Part shown: one piece after another, positions 8,410 through 16,655 of the stretch | How positions within the stretch are numbered: the first letter of the stretch is position 1 | Layout of the letters: every line of letters begins with the position of its first letter | From: an uncultured archaeon | GTDB taxonomy: Archaea > Iainarchaeota > Iainarchaeia > Iainarchaeales > JAAZKV01 | Length of the DNA stretch: 32,000 nucleotides | Direction of reading: 5' to 3' | NCBI GenBank assembly: GCA_964551375.1 | Contig: CAZKBG010000001.1 | Span: forward strand, 60,001 to 92,000 | The notes under the pieces: model-generated | Told to the model about the DNA's origin: nothing | What the model saw: the letters and a program-made list of their open reading frames with translations, nothing else | Databases searched by the model: none | Made by a program: the position numbers and the translations under genes

Positions 8410-8446
8410 ATTTTTAAGTTACTAAACCTCACTCAGATGATTAAAA

Positions 8447-9256
8447 CTATTTTTTAACAATTTTCACTTCATCAGGGTCAATTCGGTGGCTGTTTGCATA
8501 ATCATGCATTTCCATTTCCGCTTCAGTGATTTGTTTTTGAAGAATTTTTGAAAGCTGGATTGACTCAGCGCTTAAATTTTCAGTCCTCAATAAATTAGCT
8601 TTTTGCGCTTCTCTTTGCGCAATAAACTCTTTTACTGATTTGATTAGCATTTTTGGATTAGTTCTGTATAATTCAAAAGTCGTTGGAATTATGGAAATAT
8701 TCACCGCTGCGTTTGCAAAAGCATCGCTTTTTGTCTGCCTTTGGACAAGCGTGCTATTTGCCATTTTGTGAAGCGAAGTGGCTTCATGCCCGATAAATTC
8801 AATTATGGGCTCCATAAGAGCTTCTCTTGATCTGCCATCAATAGCAGGCATTCTGTTAATAATTTTCATTAAGTAAAATTGCCTTGGCGGAGCCTGCTTA
8901 ATGTTTGTTCCCTTAAAAACAGCTTCCCTTCCCCTTATCATGGATTCCATGAGCCTGAGCACTTGAGGGTTTCTCACAAAATGCCTTGAATTTGCAACCA
9001 CTTGTTTTGCAATAAGGGCTCTTGCAACTTCCTGCGCATTTGAGAATGTTCCTGATTTTTTTCTTAAAAATACAGTGTCATGAGAGCGGATTGTTCCAAC
9101 GCTTGGATTTCCTTTAAGTCTCTTCATCCACCCATTGTCAGCCATTATCATGGTGAGTTCATTAACCTGCCCGTTTCTGCGCAATACAGGCGCGCGGTTA
9201 AATCTTTTTTGCGCTGCTCCTTGCTGAGTTCTGTTATGCGGATGTCCATTAGCCAT
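8447..9256 (-). CDS. Hypothetical protein (269 aa), basic N-terminus, helical C-terminus
   Basis: Long ATG ORF with CTTTAAATTAA (complement of 9279-9289) about 28 nt upstream. No family recognised. Confidence 0.6.
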   Translation of the reverse strand: MANGHPHNRTQQGAAQKRFNRAPVLRRNGQVNELTMIMADNGWMKRLKGNPSVGTIRSHDTVFLRKKSGTFSNAQEVARALIAKQVVANSRHFVRNPQVLRLMESMIRGREAVFKGTNIKQAPPRQFYLMKIINRMPAIDGRSREALMEPIIEFIGHEATSLHKMANSTLVQRQTKSDAFANAAVNISIIPTTFELYRTNPKMLIKSVKEFIAQREAQKANLLRTENLSAESIQLSKILQKQITEAEMEMHDYANSHRIDPDEVKIVKK

Positions 9257-9336
9257 ATTACTAATTTTGTGTTTTCGCTTAATTTAAAGGTTTTGGAGGA
9301 GGAAAATATCCTGTCCAATATTTTGAGATTAGCTTT

Positions 9337-10161
9337 TTGGATAAGCTTTTTAACAACCCTTGCATCAAGTTGTTTATGAGCGCAGGAAAAAAAATGAGGG
9401 TGTTTAGAAAACTCGCCGCGCACGATGCCAAGATTTATGATGCACTACTCCCAAAACGCTCCTCAATTGCTCCTCACTTTAACAATACTCCAGTTGCTTC
9501 TTCAAAACATGTAAAAGTCGCAAAAACAGATCCTGCAAGATTTAGGCGAACAACAAGAGCAAATCATTTAGTTCATGAATTTGCCGCGCAGGTTAAAGGA
9601 GATAGTTTTCAAAAAGCAGAACAAATTGCAAAAAAAGTTCTTGAACAGATCCCAGGCTCTGATACAATTAAGGTAATTGAAAAGCGCAGAATATTCGCCC
9701 GCGGAGCAGGAATAGCGATGGCAGAAAAAAAACCAATAGGGCCTTTTCACTGCGTTGAAAGATGCAATTTAGCACTTGCTCTATTAAACGCATCAGGGGT
9801 AAAATCCTGGCTTGCAAGAGTGATTGTATTTAACCGCAAAATAAAGAAAGTTGAATTTCACGACTATGTTGAATTTTCAGCAGGCGGAGGAGTCTGCACA
9901 TTAATGTTCACAAATCACAAAGGCACAGACAAAAACTTTGTTGTTCTTGAAGGCCCAGTTGAGTTATCAGTTCATTCCGTTGGGAATATGACACTTAGAG
10001 CTCTTGATTCAAAACAAATAGGCGGAACAGGAAACTGGAATGAGTATAAAAGATTTGAACGAAGAATTAGCGGCATGGGATTTTATAGGGAAATTAAAAA
10101 AAACGAGCGCAGAATTGAACTGCTTCAAAAAGAAGGATTAATGCCTCATAGATTATACTAA
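9337..10161 (+). CDS. Transglutaminase-like / papain-fold putative cysteine enzyme, paralog 2
   Basis: KKPIGPFHCVERCNLALALLNASGVKSWLARVI ... FHDYVEF ... DSKQIGG aligns with 4864..5562 throughout. Start uncertain: TTG 9337 in the track, ATG 9376 or ATG 9394 are equally plausible. Confidence 0.5.
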   Translation: MDKLFNNPCIKLFMSAGKKMRVFRKLAAHDAKIYDALLPKRSSIAPHFNNTPVASSKHVKVAKTDPARFRRTTRANHLVHEFAAQVKGDSFQKAEQIAKKVLEQIPGSDTIKVIEKRRIFARGAGIAMAEKKPIGPFHCVERCNLALALLNASGVKSWLARVIVFNRKIKKVEFHDYVEFSAGGGVCTLMFTNHKGTDKNFVVLEGPVELSVHSVGNMTLRALDSKQIGGTGNWNEYKRFERRISGMGFYREIKKNERRIELLQKEGLMPHRLY

Positions 10162-10168
10162 ACTTAAC

Positions 10169-10177
10169 AATTATATT
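10169..10177 (+). promoter_or_regulatory. TATA-like AATTATATT about 26 nt upstream of ATG 10199
   Basis: Read directly. The gene begins ATGCAAAA without an SD. Confidence 0.4.
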
Positions 10178-10198
10178 CTCAAGAGCTATTTTTCTATA

Positions 10199-11458
10199 AT
10201 GCAAAAAAGAGCGCAGTGCGTCCACAAAGGACAGGGCGCAATAGAATATCTTCTGATTATAGGCGTTGCAATTCTAATAATTGCTGTAGTGATAATTGCA
10301 GTAATTGGAATATTAGGGCAGGGGCAGAATCAAAAAGACGATTCGCTTAATTTAGCCGGCTCAAGCTACAAAGGAATTTATGATATAATTGATACCATGC
10401 ATAATGCAGTTAAATTAAAGATTCTGCTTAATGTTGGAACTAATGAAATTAAGGTTCCTTCAGATATGTCTGCAGGGGATATATTTTTCTCAGCACCTCC
10501 TGAAGGAACAATACTAAAAAATCTTCCTTGTCCAGTTGCAACTTCTACTTTCACTTCAGGCGCTTGGGCTCCAACAATTGACTCCTGCAATGTTCCGGGC
10601 GGAAGCACAATTATTGTTGATGTTCCAAATAATGGTTCTGAGGCAAATGTTGCTTTTACACTTCCAAATGAAGGGGTTCCTGAATTGATATTCTTTTCAG
10701 GCGGTAAGGGAACAATTGAGGACCCGTTTAAAATTTCCACAATTAACCAGCTTCAAAATATTGACCGCGCTCTTGGGAAAAATTTTATTTTAGAAAATGA
10801 TATTGATGCAAGTTCTAAAGTGGATTTTATTCCAATTGGGGCCAGAAGCGGAGTTCCATTTACTGGGACTTTTGATGGGAACAATAAAAAAATTTATAGA
10901 TTAACAATTAATCAAATAAATGTTGATTCTGCTCTTAATGGATTAGTTCCTGTAAAAGTGACTAACTTAGGTCTTTTTAGCAAACTTGGCGCTGCGGGGC
11001 CTAATCGCGCACAAATTCATGATCTTAAAATTGAAGATGTTAAAATTTATGTTATTCCTGATGATGATTTTTTAGCCGCGGCAGCACAACCAAGTTCAGG
11101 CGGAGCTAATTCGGGGATATTATCAGGGCAAGCTGATTTAGCAAATGTTTCTTTTTCAAATATTGTAATTACAAGAGGGGAAATAAATTACACCTTCATG
11201 TCCACAATAAATCCGGGGTATACTGATGTTTCTTCAGTTGGGTGCTTATTTGGAAAAAACTCCCGCGCGACAGAGGGTAATACTTGTGTTTCACAAGATG
11301 TAAAAGTTACTTTGGTAAAAATTGATACTTTGAATTCTGGGGAGCCTGTGATTCATCCAACGCAAATTAACAATTGTAAGACAGTAAGTATTGTTCGCAC
11401 AAGCGGGCTTAATCCGATTGGTTTTCAAACTAATTGTGTTTCTTCTAATGACTCCTGA
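10199..11458 (+). CDS. Surface protein with a class III (prepilin-type) signal peptide fused to an adhesin-like (probable beta-helix) domain
   Basis: N-terminus MQKRAQCVHKGQGAIEYLLIIGVAILIIAVVIIAV. The mid-region GKGTIEDPFKISTINQLQNI ... NDIDAS ... FIPIG ... PFTGTFDGNNKKIYRL ... LGLFSKL is the motif series seen at the start of many prokaryotic surface adhesin / GLUG-type beta-helix proteins. Confidence 0.65.
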   Translation: MQKRAQCVHKGQGAIEYLLIIGVAILIIAVVIIAVIGILGQGQNQKDDSLNLAGSSYKGIYDIIDTMHNAVKLKILLNVGTNEIKVPSDMSAGDIFFSAPPEGTILKNLPCPVATSTFTSGAWAPTIDSCNVPGGSTIIVDVPNNGSEANVAFTLPNEGVPELIFFSGGKGTIEDPFKISTINQLQNIDRALGKNFILENDIDASSKVDFIPIGARSGVPFTGTFDGNNKKIYRLTINQINVDSALNGLVPVKVTNLGLFSKLGAAGPNRAQIHDLKIEDVKIYVIPDDDFLAAAAQPSSGGANSGILSGQADLANVSFSNIVITRGEINYTFMSTINPGYTDVSSVGCLFGKNSRATEGNTCVSQDVKVTLVKIDTLNSGEPVIHPTQINNCKTVSIVRTSGLNPIGFQTNCVSSNDS

Positions 11459-11501
11459 TTGAATAGAAAACCCTTAAATTCTCTTAGATTGTATTCTTTT
11501 C

Positions 11502-12464
11502 ATGGCAAGGAAGTTAGTTTTGGCAGTTCTTCTGCTTTTTTTGACTGCGAGTGTATTTGCGCTTTGTGAAACAACTCCTGATAAAATAAAACGAATTGAT
11601 TTGAGTTATAATATTCTTTCAGACGGAAGCGCGGATGCTACATTTGTGCTTTTAGTTGATTATTCCGAATCCTGCTTGATTGAACAATTTAAGGATTCAA
11701 TTGACCGAAATCTTGATTCAAATTTTCAAATAGTTGAAATATCTTCAGATCAAGTATATTGTCCAAAAGAGTTTATTTTGAATAATGTAAAAACCGAGCT
11801 TGGGAACTTTCCTGACGGGCTAAATTGCATTTCAACTTTTGGAAACGACAAAAACACTGTGCGAATGAATTTAACAGGAAAAGCAACCAGTTTCGCAAAG
11901 AAAGTTGATTTGAACGGAGAAAGCGCTTATGAGCTCACGCTTGGCGGGACAGGTTTTATGGCTTCTCTTCCAAATGACAGTTCTCTTGTAATCCAGCTCC
12001 CAAATAATGCTTACTTTGTAAATCACTCTCCATTAGAAGGGAGCACAAAGCAGCCTACTAAATTAACTTGGGCGCCTGTTCCAAGCGAAAAGGTTTTGGT
12101 TAATTATGCTCAAGAAGGCTCAATTTTAATCGCACAGCCGATTGTTCAGCAAAAGGATGATACAAATTATTTGTTAATCTTGATGATGGTGATTTTGGTT
12201 TTATTTGTTTTAGTTATAATTAATGTTCGCTCAAAAAGAGCAAGTATCCCAATTGCTGAGCAAAGCCTTGAAGCACAGCTTAAGGATGTAAAGGACAAAA
12301 TAAAAAATTTAGAGCAGATGTACATGAAAAGAATGATTGATGAAACAACTTACCGCCACCTAAACGAGCAGTATCAAGTGCAGTTGAATGAAGTTGTTGT
12401 TAAGATAAAGAAACAAAATGAAAGCAAAAATCCAGCAAATCCAACTCCTTCAAAAACAGAGTAA
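11502..12464 (+). CDS. Type I membrane-anchored surface protein (signal peptide, ectodomain, C-terminal TM helix, charged coiled-coil tail)
   Basis: MARKLVLAVLLLFLTASVFALC signal-like N-terminus. TM segment YLLILMMVILVLFVLVIINV near residue 225, then a Lys/Glu-rich helical tail. TATA-like CTTAAATT lies about 25 nt upstream. Confidence 0.6.
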   Translation: MARKLVLAVLLLFLTASVFALCETTPDKIKRIDLSYNILSDGSADATFVLLVDYSESCLIEQFKDSIDRNLDSNFQIVEISSDQVYCPKEFILNNVKTELGNFPDGLNCISTFGNDKNTVRMNLTGKATSFAKKVDLNGESAYELTLGGTGFMASLPNDSSLVIQLPNNAYFVNHSPLEGSTKQPTKLTWAPVPSEKVLVNYAQEGSILIAQPIVQQKDDTNYLLILMMVILVLFVLVIINVRSKRASIPIAEQSLEAQLKDVKDKIKNLEQMYMKRMIDETTYRHLNEQYQVQLNEVVVKIKKQNESKNPANPTPSKTE

Positions 12465-12534
12465 AAATAAATAGTGTCCAATTAATTGTGTTATAACTTA
12501 GAAAGTTTTAATGTAATGCTTTTTTTTAACTTGT

Positions 12535-14508
12535 TTAAATTTTAATTTTAAAAAACTCTTCAACTTCTTTCTCAGGCTCTTTAGTATGCACTGCGACAAA
12601 GTCTTTGGGATAAAATCTCTTGTACCTGTCCTCTCCAAACCTTTCATCAAGGAATACGCAAACCCCTCTGTCCGTTTCAGTTCTAATAACCCTTCCAGCC
12701 GCCTGCATTGCTTTATTTATTGCAGGGGCATTGTAAGCATAATCCCAACCTTTTCTAAACTTTTTTTCGCAGTAATTGATTAAAGCGTTTGAGTAAATAT
12801 TCATTTTAGCAAAAGGAATTCCAACAATAATTGCGCAGCTTAAGTAATCTCCGGGAAAATCAAGCCCTTCCGCAATGCTTCCCCCGCTCACGGCAAGCAG
12901 CACTCCGCCAAAACCGCTTCCAAGAGTTTTGAATTTATTCACAAGCTTGGTTTTCTCATCCTGCGTCATTTCCCTCTCCTGCTTTAACACCTGCCTTCTT
13001 GTTTTGAGAAGATTTGCGATAGAGTACATTAGTTCAAACGAAGGGAAGAATACAATAGTATTTCCAGGAACTTTTGAAACAATTTTATCAATCTCGTTTG
13101 CAATATCAAAGTACTGCGTAGAGCTTCTGGCAGTGTATTTAGTAGTGGTTTTAGTTGCGATTAAATTCAACCTGTTTTCTTTTGGAAAAGGGCTTTTGTA
13201 TTCTTTAGTAATCACTTTTAGCGTGTCAAAATTTTGCCCTTCAAGCTCCTGTTTGTGAATTGAAAGCGCAGTAGCCGCTCCAAGCGAATTATTTTTGAGC
13301 CCTGCTTCTTCCTGTTGTTTAGCGTTGAATTTAGAATTTAACTGGGTGACTCCAAAAACATCAGAAAACATCGCAAGCGGCAAGAGGGTTCCAGACATAA
13401 GCACTGCGGAATGAACCTGCGAGAGAACATTACTTGTCATATCAGCAGGATCAAGCGGCTGAACGGTAATGGTGAGCGAGCCCTTTCTTTCAATAACAAA
13501 ATGAGTATGCTCCTTTTCATTATGAATATCATGCAAAAACTCATCCACTGCAAGCAGGTAACAGTTCTCGGTCTTATTTTTGTTCATGAATTTTGTAGAC
13601 GCTTCGCTGATTTTTTCCCTTTCCATAAGCCCTACTTTTCTTAAAAATAGCAAATCAGTTCCTTCAAGCACCGCTTCATTTTTCTCAAGCGAAAGCTTTT
13701 TTCCAAGGTTAAGAATTTCTTTCCCAATATCCTTAATCAAAAACTCCATTTCAAAATCCCCCACATTTTTAGCTTCCTTCTCCGCTTTCTCAATTGCATT
13801 GAGGTCAATGCTTGTCGTCATCATATCCCTAATTCTTTCAGGCATATTGTGGGCTTCATCCACCACAAGAACTATGTCCTCAAGTGCAAGTTCGCTTGGG
13901 CCAAGTATTCCTTCCCTGATTTCAGGGTGGAATAAGTGAGAATAATCTCCAATAACTAAATTAGCTCCCTTAATCATTTCAAGCGTGATTTCATAAGGGC
14001 AAAGCCCCTTGAATTGGCAAGTATCTTTCATATAAGCGTAAGAATTATTGTAAGACTGCAAAATCTCCCTTTTTCTTCTATGCGCAATCGCTTTTTGCTT
14101 TGGAGAAAACCCTTTAGTGTTATTATAGTAACTGCACGCCTTGTCCTTTTTCTTTTTCGCGCATGCTTCATAAAACCCCATTCCCACTCTTGAAATAAAA
14201 GAATCCACGCACATCTGCTTTCTTCCCACAAGATCCACCGCTTTAATTCCAAGCTGGAATTTTGAATTCATCAAATTCGCAGTTTCAAGAACAATTTCGT
14301 GCTGGGAAATTTTAGGAGTGAGAAAGAAAACCTTTTTGTTATTATCAAGCGCATAGCTAAGCGCAGGCGCTAATGAAGAAACGGTTTTTCCTAGGCCAGT
14401 CGGGGCATGCGCAAGAAAAATCTTCTGCTTTGAAACAGCGTGGCTGACATCTTTTACAAGTTCCTGCTGCTCTGCCCTTACTTTTTCATAAGGAAAATAA
14501 ACCTTCAT
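12535..14508 (-). CDS. xpd: XPD/Rad3-type (DinG-family) Fe-S DNA helicase
   Basis: Walker A APTGLGKT, DEAH box VVDEAHN, and four Cys in the helicase-domain-1 insertion (MCVDS, EACAKK, KACSYY, GLCPYE) as in the XPD 4Fe-4S domain. C-terminal SGGSIAEGLDFPG and AAGRVIRTETDRG motifs. Confidence 0.9.
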   Translation of the reverse strand: MKVYFPYEKVRAEQQELVKDVSHAVSKQKIFLAHAPTGLGKTVSSLAPALSYALDNNKKVFFLTPKISQHEIVLETANLMNSKFQLGIKAVDLVGRKQMCVDSFISRVGMGFYEACAKKKKDKACSYYNNTKGFSPKQKAIAHRRKREILQSYNNSYAYMKDTCQFKGLCPYEITLEMIKGANLVIGDYSHLFHPEIREGILGPSELALEDIVLVVDEAHNMPERIRDMMTTSIDLNAIEKAEKEAKNVGDFEMEFLIKDIGKEILNLGKKLSLEKNEAVLEGTDLLFLRKVGLMEREKISEASTKFMNKNKTENCYLLAVDEFLHDIHNEKEHTHFVIERKGSLTITVQPLDPADMTSNVLSQVHSAVLMSGTLLPLAMFSDVFGVTQLNSKFNAKQQEEAGLKNNSLGAATALSIHKQELEGQNFDTLKVITKEYKSPFPKENRLNLIATKTTTKYTARSSTQYFDIANEIDKIVSKVPGNTIVFFPSFELMYSIANLLKTRRQVLKQEREMTQDEKTKLVNKFKTLGSGFGGVLLAVSGGSIAEGLDFPGDYLSCAIIVGIPFAKMNIYSNALINYCEKKFRKGWDYAYNAPAINKAMQAAGRVIRTETDRGVCVFLDERFGEDRYKRFYPKDFVAVHTKEPEKEVEEFFKIKI

Positions 14509-14610
14509 TTAAGAGAGAAAGTTAAGCGGGTTTTTAAGTGTTGCTGGGGCACTGTGCCGATTTAGTTTAGTTGTTCGCTTTGTTTATTTTCTTTGATTTT
14601 TGCTTGTTAA

Positions 14611-15177
14611 TTATTTATTTTTATAATGCGCTTCAATATCCCAAGAGCTCCAAGCAAGGCACTCTTTGTCACTAAATCCCAATTTTTTTGCCAATTGATG
14701 AACCGCTTTAATGCTTGGCCCCTCAATTTCCAAAAAACACGGCACAAATCTGTGCTTTCCAAGGTACTTTTCAATTTCAACATGACTTTTTCCTAACTTC
14801 CAGCTGGTTCTGTTCTTATCCATGCCGCCGATTTTCACAAGCCCAAGCGCAGTGAAGATTTTTTGCATATCTTCAAAGCTTCCAATTTCAAATTCAGTTT
14901 CTTCAGCAGTTTTTGCTTTTGCGCTCTTGTGCTTTTGATGTTTATGAGTAAGAACGCACTGCACTTTGCCCTTAGTGTCAGTCATTTTTCTTAATCTTAG
15001 TATTTGCTTGTTTTTCTTTAATCTCCTGTCAGGGTAATCCATAATAATTGCTTCAATTTTTCCTTCAAATGCTTTTTTAGCCCCAAGTTTTGCAAGCCTA
15101 GCCTCAACTTTTTTTTTATTAATCTCAATTATCTTAACTTCAATCTCTTTCATAATCTCACATTCATTTCCATTCAA
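14611..15177 (-). CDS. CYTH-domain protein (CyaB-type class IV adenylyl cyclase / triphosphate tunnel metalloenzyme family)
   Basis: Signature ExExK near the N-terminus (KEIEVKI), LRLRK, TEFEI, and a C-terminal FLEIEG motif. An alternative start is ATG 15153. Confidence 0.7.
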   Translation of the reverse strand: MNGNECEIMKEIEVKIIEINKKKVEARLAKLGAKKAFEGKIEAIIMDYPDRRLKKNKQILRLRKMTDTKGKVQCVLTHKHQKHKSAKAKTAEETEFEIGSFEDMQKIFTALGLVKIGGMDKNRTSWKLGKSHVEIEKYLGKHRFVPCFLEIEGPSIKAVHQLAKKLGFSDKECLAWSSWDIEAHYKNK

Positions 15178-15193
15178 TTAATGCTCAATTAAG

Positions 15194-15204
15194 CTTTAAT
15201 ATTT
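15194..15204. promoter_or_regulatory. Single near-palindromic TATA-like element CTTTAATATTT centred in the 45-bp divergent spacer between ATG 15177(-) and ATG 15223(+)
   Basis: Its centre lies about 22 nt from one start codon and about 24 nt from the other. Confidence 0.35.
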
Positions 15205-15222
15205 CCGTTTCATATTCTAACC

Positions 15223-15990
15223 ATGCCAAACACAATAAGCGGTTTTGAGTTTATGTCTAATCCCATAGGCATTACAAAAAAAGCTCTTTTAAATTTGCCA
15301 AACGACGCTTCAGCATTGATAATATTAATTTCAAATCTTCTTTTCATAATAGTTGCCGTGCTTCAAAACGTTTCCCTTCAGGAAGTATGGCTGGTATATT
15401 GGTGCCAGAGCATCATAATAGGATTTTTTGCGCTTCTTAGGATGCTTACTTACAAACTGAAATCAGATTCTTCAAAAGTTAGTGGAATGAAGGAAGTATC
15501 AAGGATTTTTATTGCAGGATTCTTTGTTTTCCACTACGGTTTCTTTCATTTTGTGTATTTAATGTTCATAGGATTCTCATTTATTTCCTCTGCATTTATG
15601 GATGTCTTCACGTCACCCGGCACTATTGTTGATGCCGCGAGCACTGCCCAGTTTGCAGGGCCAAACATGATGCTTGTATTTTTAGGAGCAGTAATTTTCT
15701 TTTTTGCGCACTTGATTTCATTTATTCTAAATTTTGCAAAAGACAACCAGAAAGAATGGGACTTAGGCGAACTGATGTTTGCGCCTTATTCAAGAATAAT
15801 CCCAATGCATATTTCAATAATTGCCGCAGGATTTATCGCAATGTTCCTTGGGATACCTCTGTCTTTAATGTTTGGAGCATCAGGGGCAAGAGCAGTTGAA
15901 GTTGTAATAATAGTATTTTTCCTTGGATTAAAGGTAGTTCTTGATTTGACTTCGCATGACTCTGCTCACCGCTTGGAGCATAATATTTAA
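15223..15990 (+). CDS. Polytopic integral membrane protein, unknown function
   Basis: The 255-aa ORF has about 6-7 hydrophobic segments (for example ALIILISNLLFIIVAVL, IFIAGFFVFHYGFFHFVYLMFIGF, MMLVFLGAVIFFFAHLISFIL). No peptidase A24 Asp motifs were seen. Confidence 0.65.
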   Translation: MPNTISGFEFMSNPIGITKKALLNLPNDASALIILISNLLFIIVAVLQNVSLQEVWLVYWCQSIIIGFFALLRMLTYKLKSDSSKVSGMKEVSRIFIAGFFVFHYGFFHFVYLMFIGFSFISSAFMDVFTSPGTIVDAASTAQFAGPNMMLVFLGAVIFFFAHLISFILNFAKDNQKEWDLGELMFAPYSRIIPMHISIIAAGFIAMFLGIPLSLMFGASGARAVEVVIIVFFLGLKVVLDLTSHDSAHRLEHNI

Positions 15991-16024
15991 ACAAAGGTTG
16001 AAGCATTATATAACTGGTAAATTT

Positions 16025-16522
16025 ATGCCTAATCCTCCATCAAGAAGAAGTGTTCGCAAATCGATTACCCGCCCGCTTCCAAAAGGAATGCCTAACGCAG
16101 AAAAACTTGCAATCCTTCGCGAGCGAGTGAAAACTGCAAGAGAACTTGCAAAATCCCCGCGTCCTCTTCCTCCAAAAATGATTGTTGCTGCCCTTGCTGC
16201 GCGCGGAAAATTAGGCGTTAGTTTTGCTGATAGAAGAATAAGCGATGTGATGCGAATCGCCCAAGGGAAGAAACCTTATGCTGGAGTAGCAAAGGCGCTT
16301 GTGAAGATTTGGAAATGGCAAAGAGACGGCAGAAATGAAATGATTCTTGAAGACCATAGAATACTTACTCAAATAGCAAATAAACTCAGAAAAGCTGAGC
16401 GCCCAAGCTCAAAAAAATCCCCTCTTCCTCTGACAACAAGAGAGAAAAAAGTTTTGCGTGATTATTTGCTCAGGCTTGACAAAAGCGGAAAAAATCCTGA
16501 GTTTGACTTGTCAGGCGATTAA
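16025..16522 (+). CDS. Basic hypothetical protein (about 165 aa)
   Basis: The track ORF starts at 15956 and overlaps the preceding gene. ATG 16025 (MPNPPSRRSVRK...) removes the overlap. Arg/Lys/Pro-rich, no family recognised. Confidence 0.55.
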   Translation: MPNPPSRRSVRKSITRPLPKGMPNAEKLAILRERVKTARELAKSPRPLPPKMIVAALAARGKLGVSFADRRISDVMRIAQGKKPYAGVAKALVKIWKWQRDGRNEMILEDHRILTQIANKLRKAERPSSKKSPLPLTTREKKVLRDYLLRLDKSGKNPEFDLSGD

Positions 16523-16599
16523 AAGTAAAGCTAAATTAATAAAATCAAAGCTAAAGTCAAGTCTAAATCCAAGCGCTGATTTTTTGTTAAAAATATTTG

Positions 16600-16627
16600 T
16601 TGATTAAAGCAAAACTGCTTTAATCAA
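16600..16627. terminator. Perfect 12-bp hairpin TTGATTAAAGCA-aaac-TGCTTTAATCAA between convergent genes
   Basis: All 12 positions pair and the loop is 4 nt. It is flanked by A/T runs and sits between stop 16522(+) and stop 16656(-). Confidence 0.5.
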
Positions 16628-16655
16628 ATTAAAAAGTTTGAATTGTTTTTTCTAT

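Noticed and set aside
4864-10161. Mobile-element or IS explanation for the duplicated TGase-like genes
   Set aside because: There is no transposase or integrase, no terminal inverted repeats and no target-site duplications. The copies are diverged paralogs apart from two short conserved blocks.
10378-10740. 120-aa minus-strand ORF inside the adhesin-like gene
   Set aside because: Antisense shadow. The plus-strand frame carries the class III leader and adhesin motifs.
12586-13939. Plus-strand ORFs 12586..12783, 12875..13258, 13411..13644 and 13580..13939
   Set aside because: All are antisense to the XPD helicase gene, whose Walker A, DEAH and Fe-S motifs are unambiguous.
15223-15990. Candidate prepilin peptidase (polytopic membrane protein near pilin-like genes); 28355-28948 was considered too
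   Set aside because: Neither shows the two conserved Asp motifs (including GxGDxK-like) of A24 peptidases.
15956-16024. 5' extension of the basic protein ORF that overlaps the end of the membrane-protein gene
   Set aside because: The extension (MTLLTAWSIIFKQRLKHYITGKF) overlaps 15223-15990 by 35 nt. ATG 16025 gives a non-overlapping gene.
328-16522. Shared C-terminal motif between the 62-aa ORF (MTRKQERLMKDYLRYLEE) and the basic protein 16025-16522 (LTTREKKVLRDYLLRLDK), reminiscent of the start of LuxR/sigma-70 region 4 HTH
   Set aside because: Only about 18 residues with 5 identities. Both proteins end before a complete HTH could form. This is too weak to call homology.
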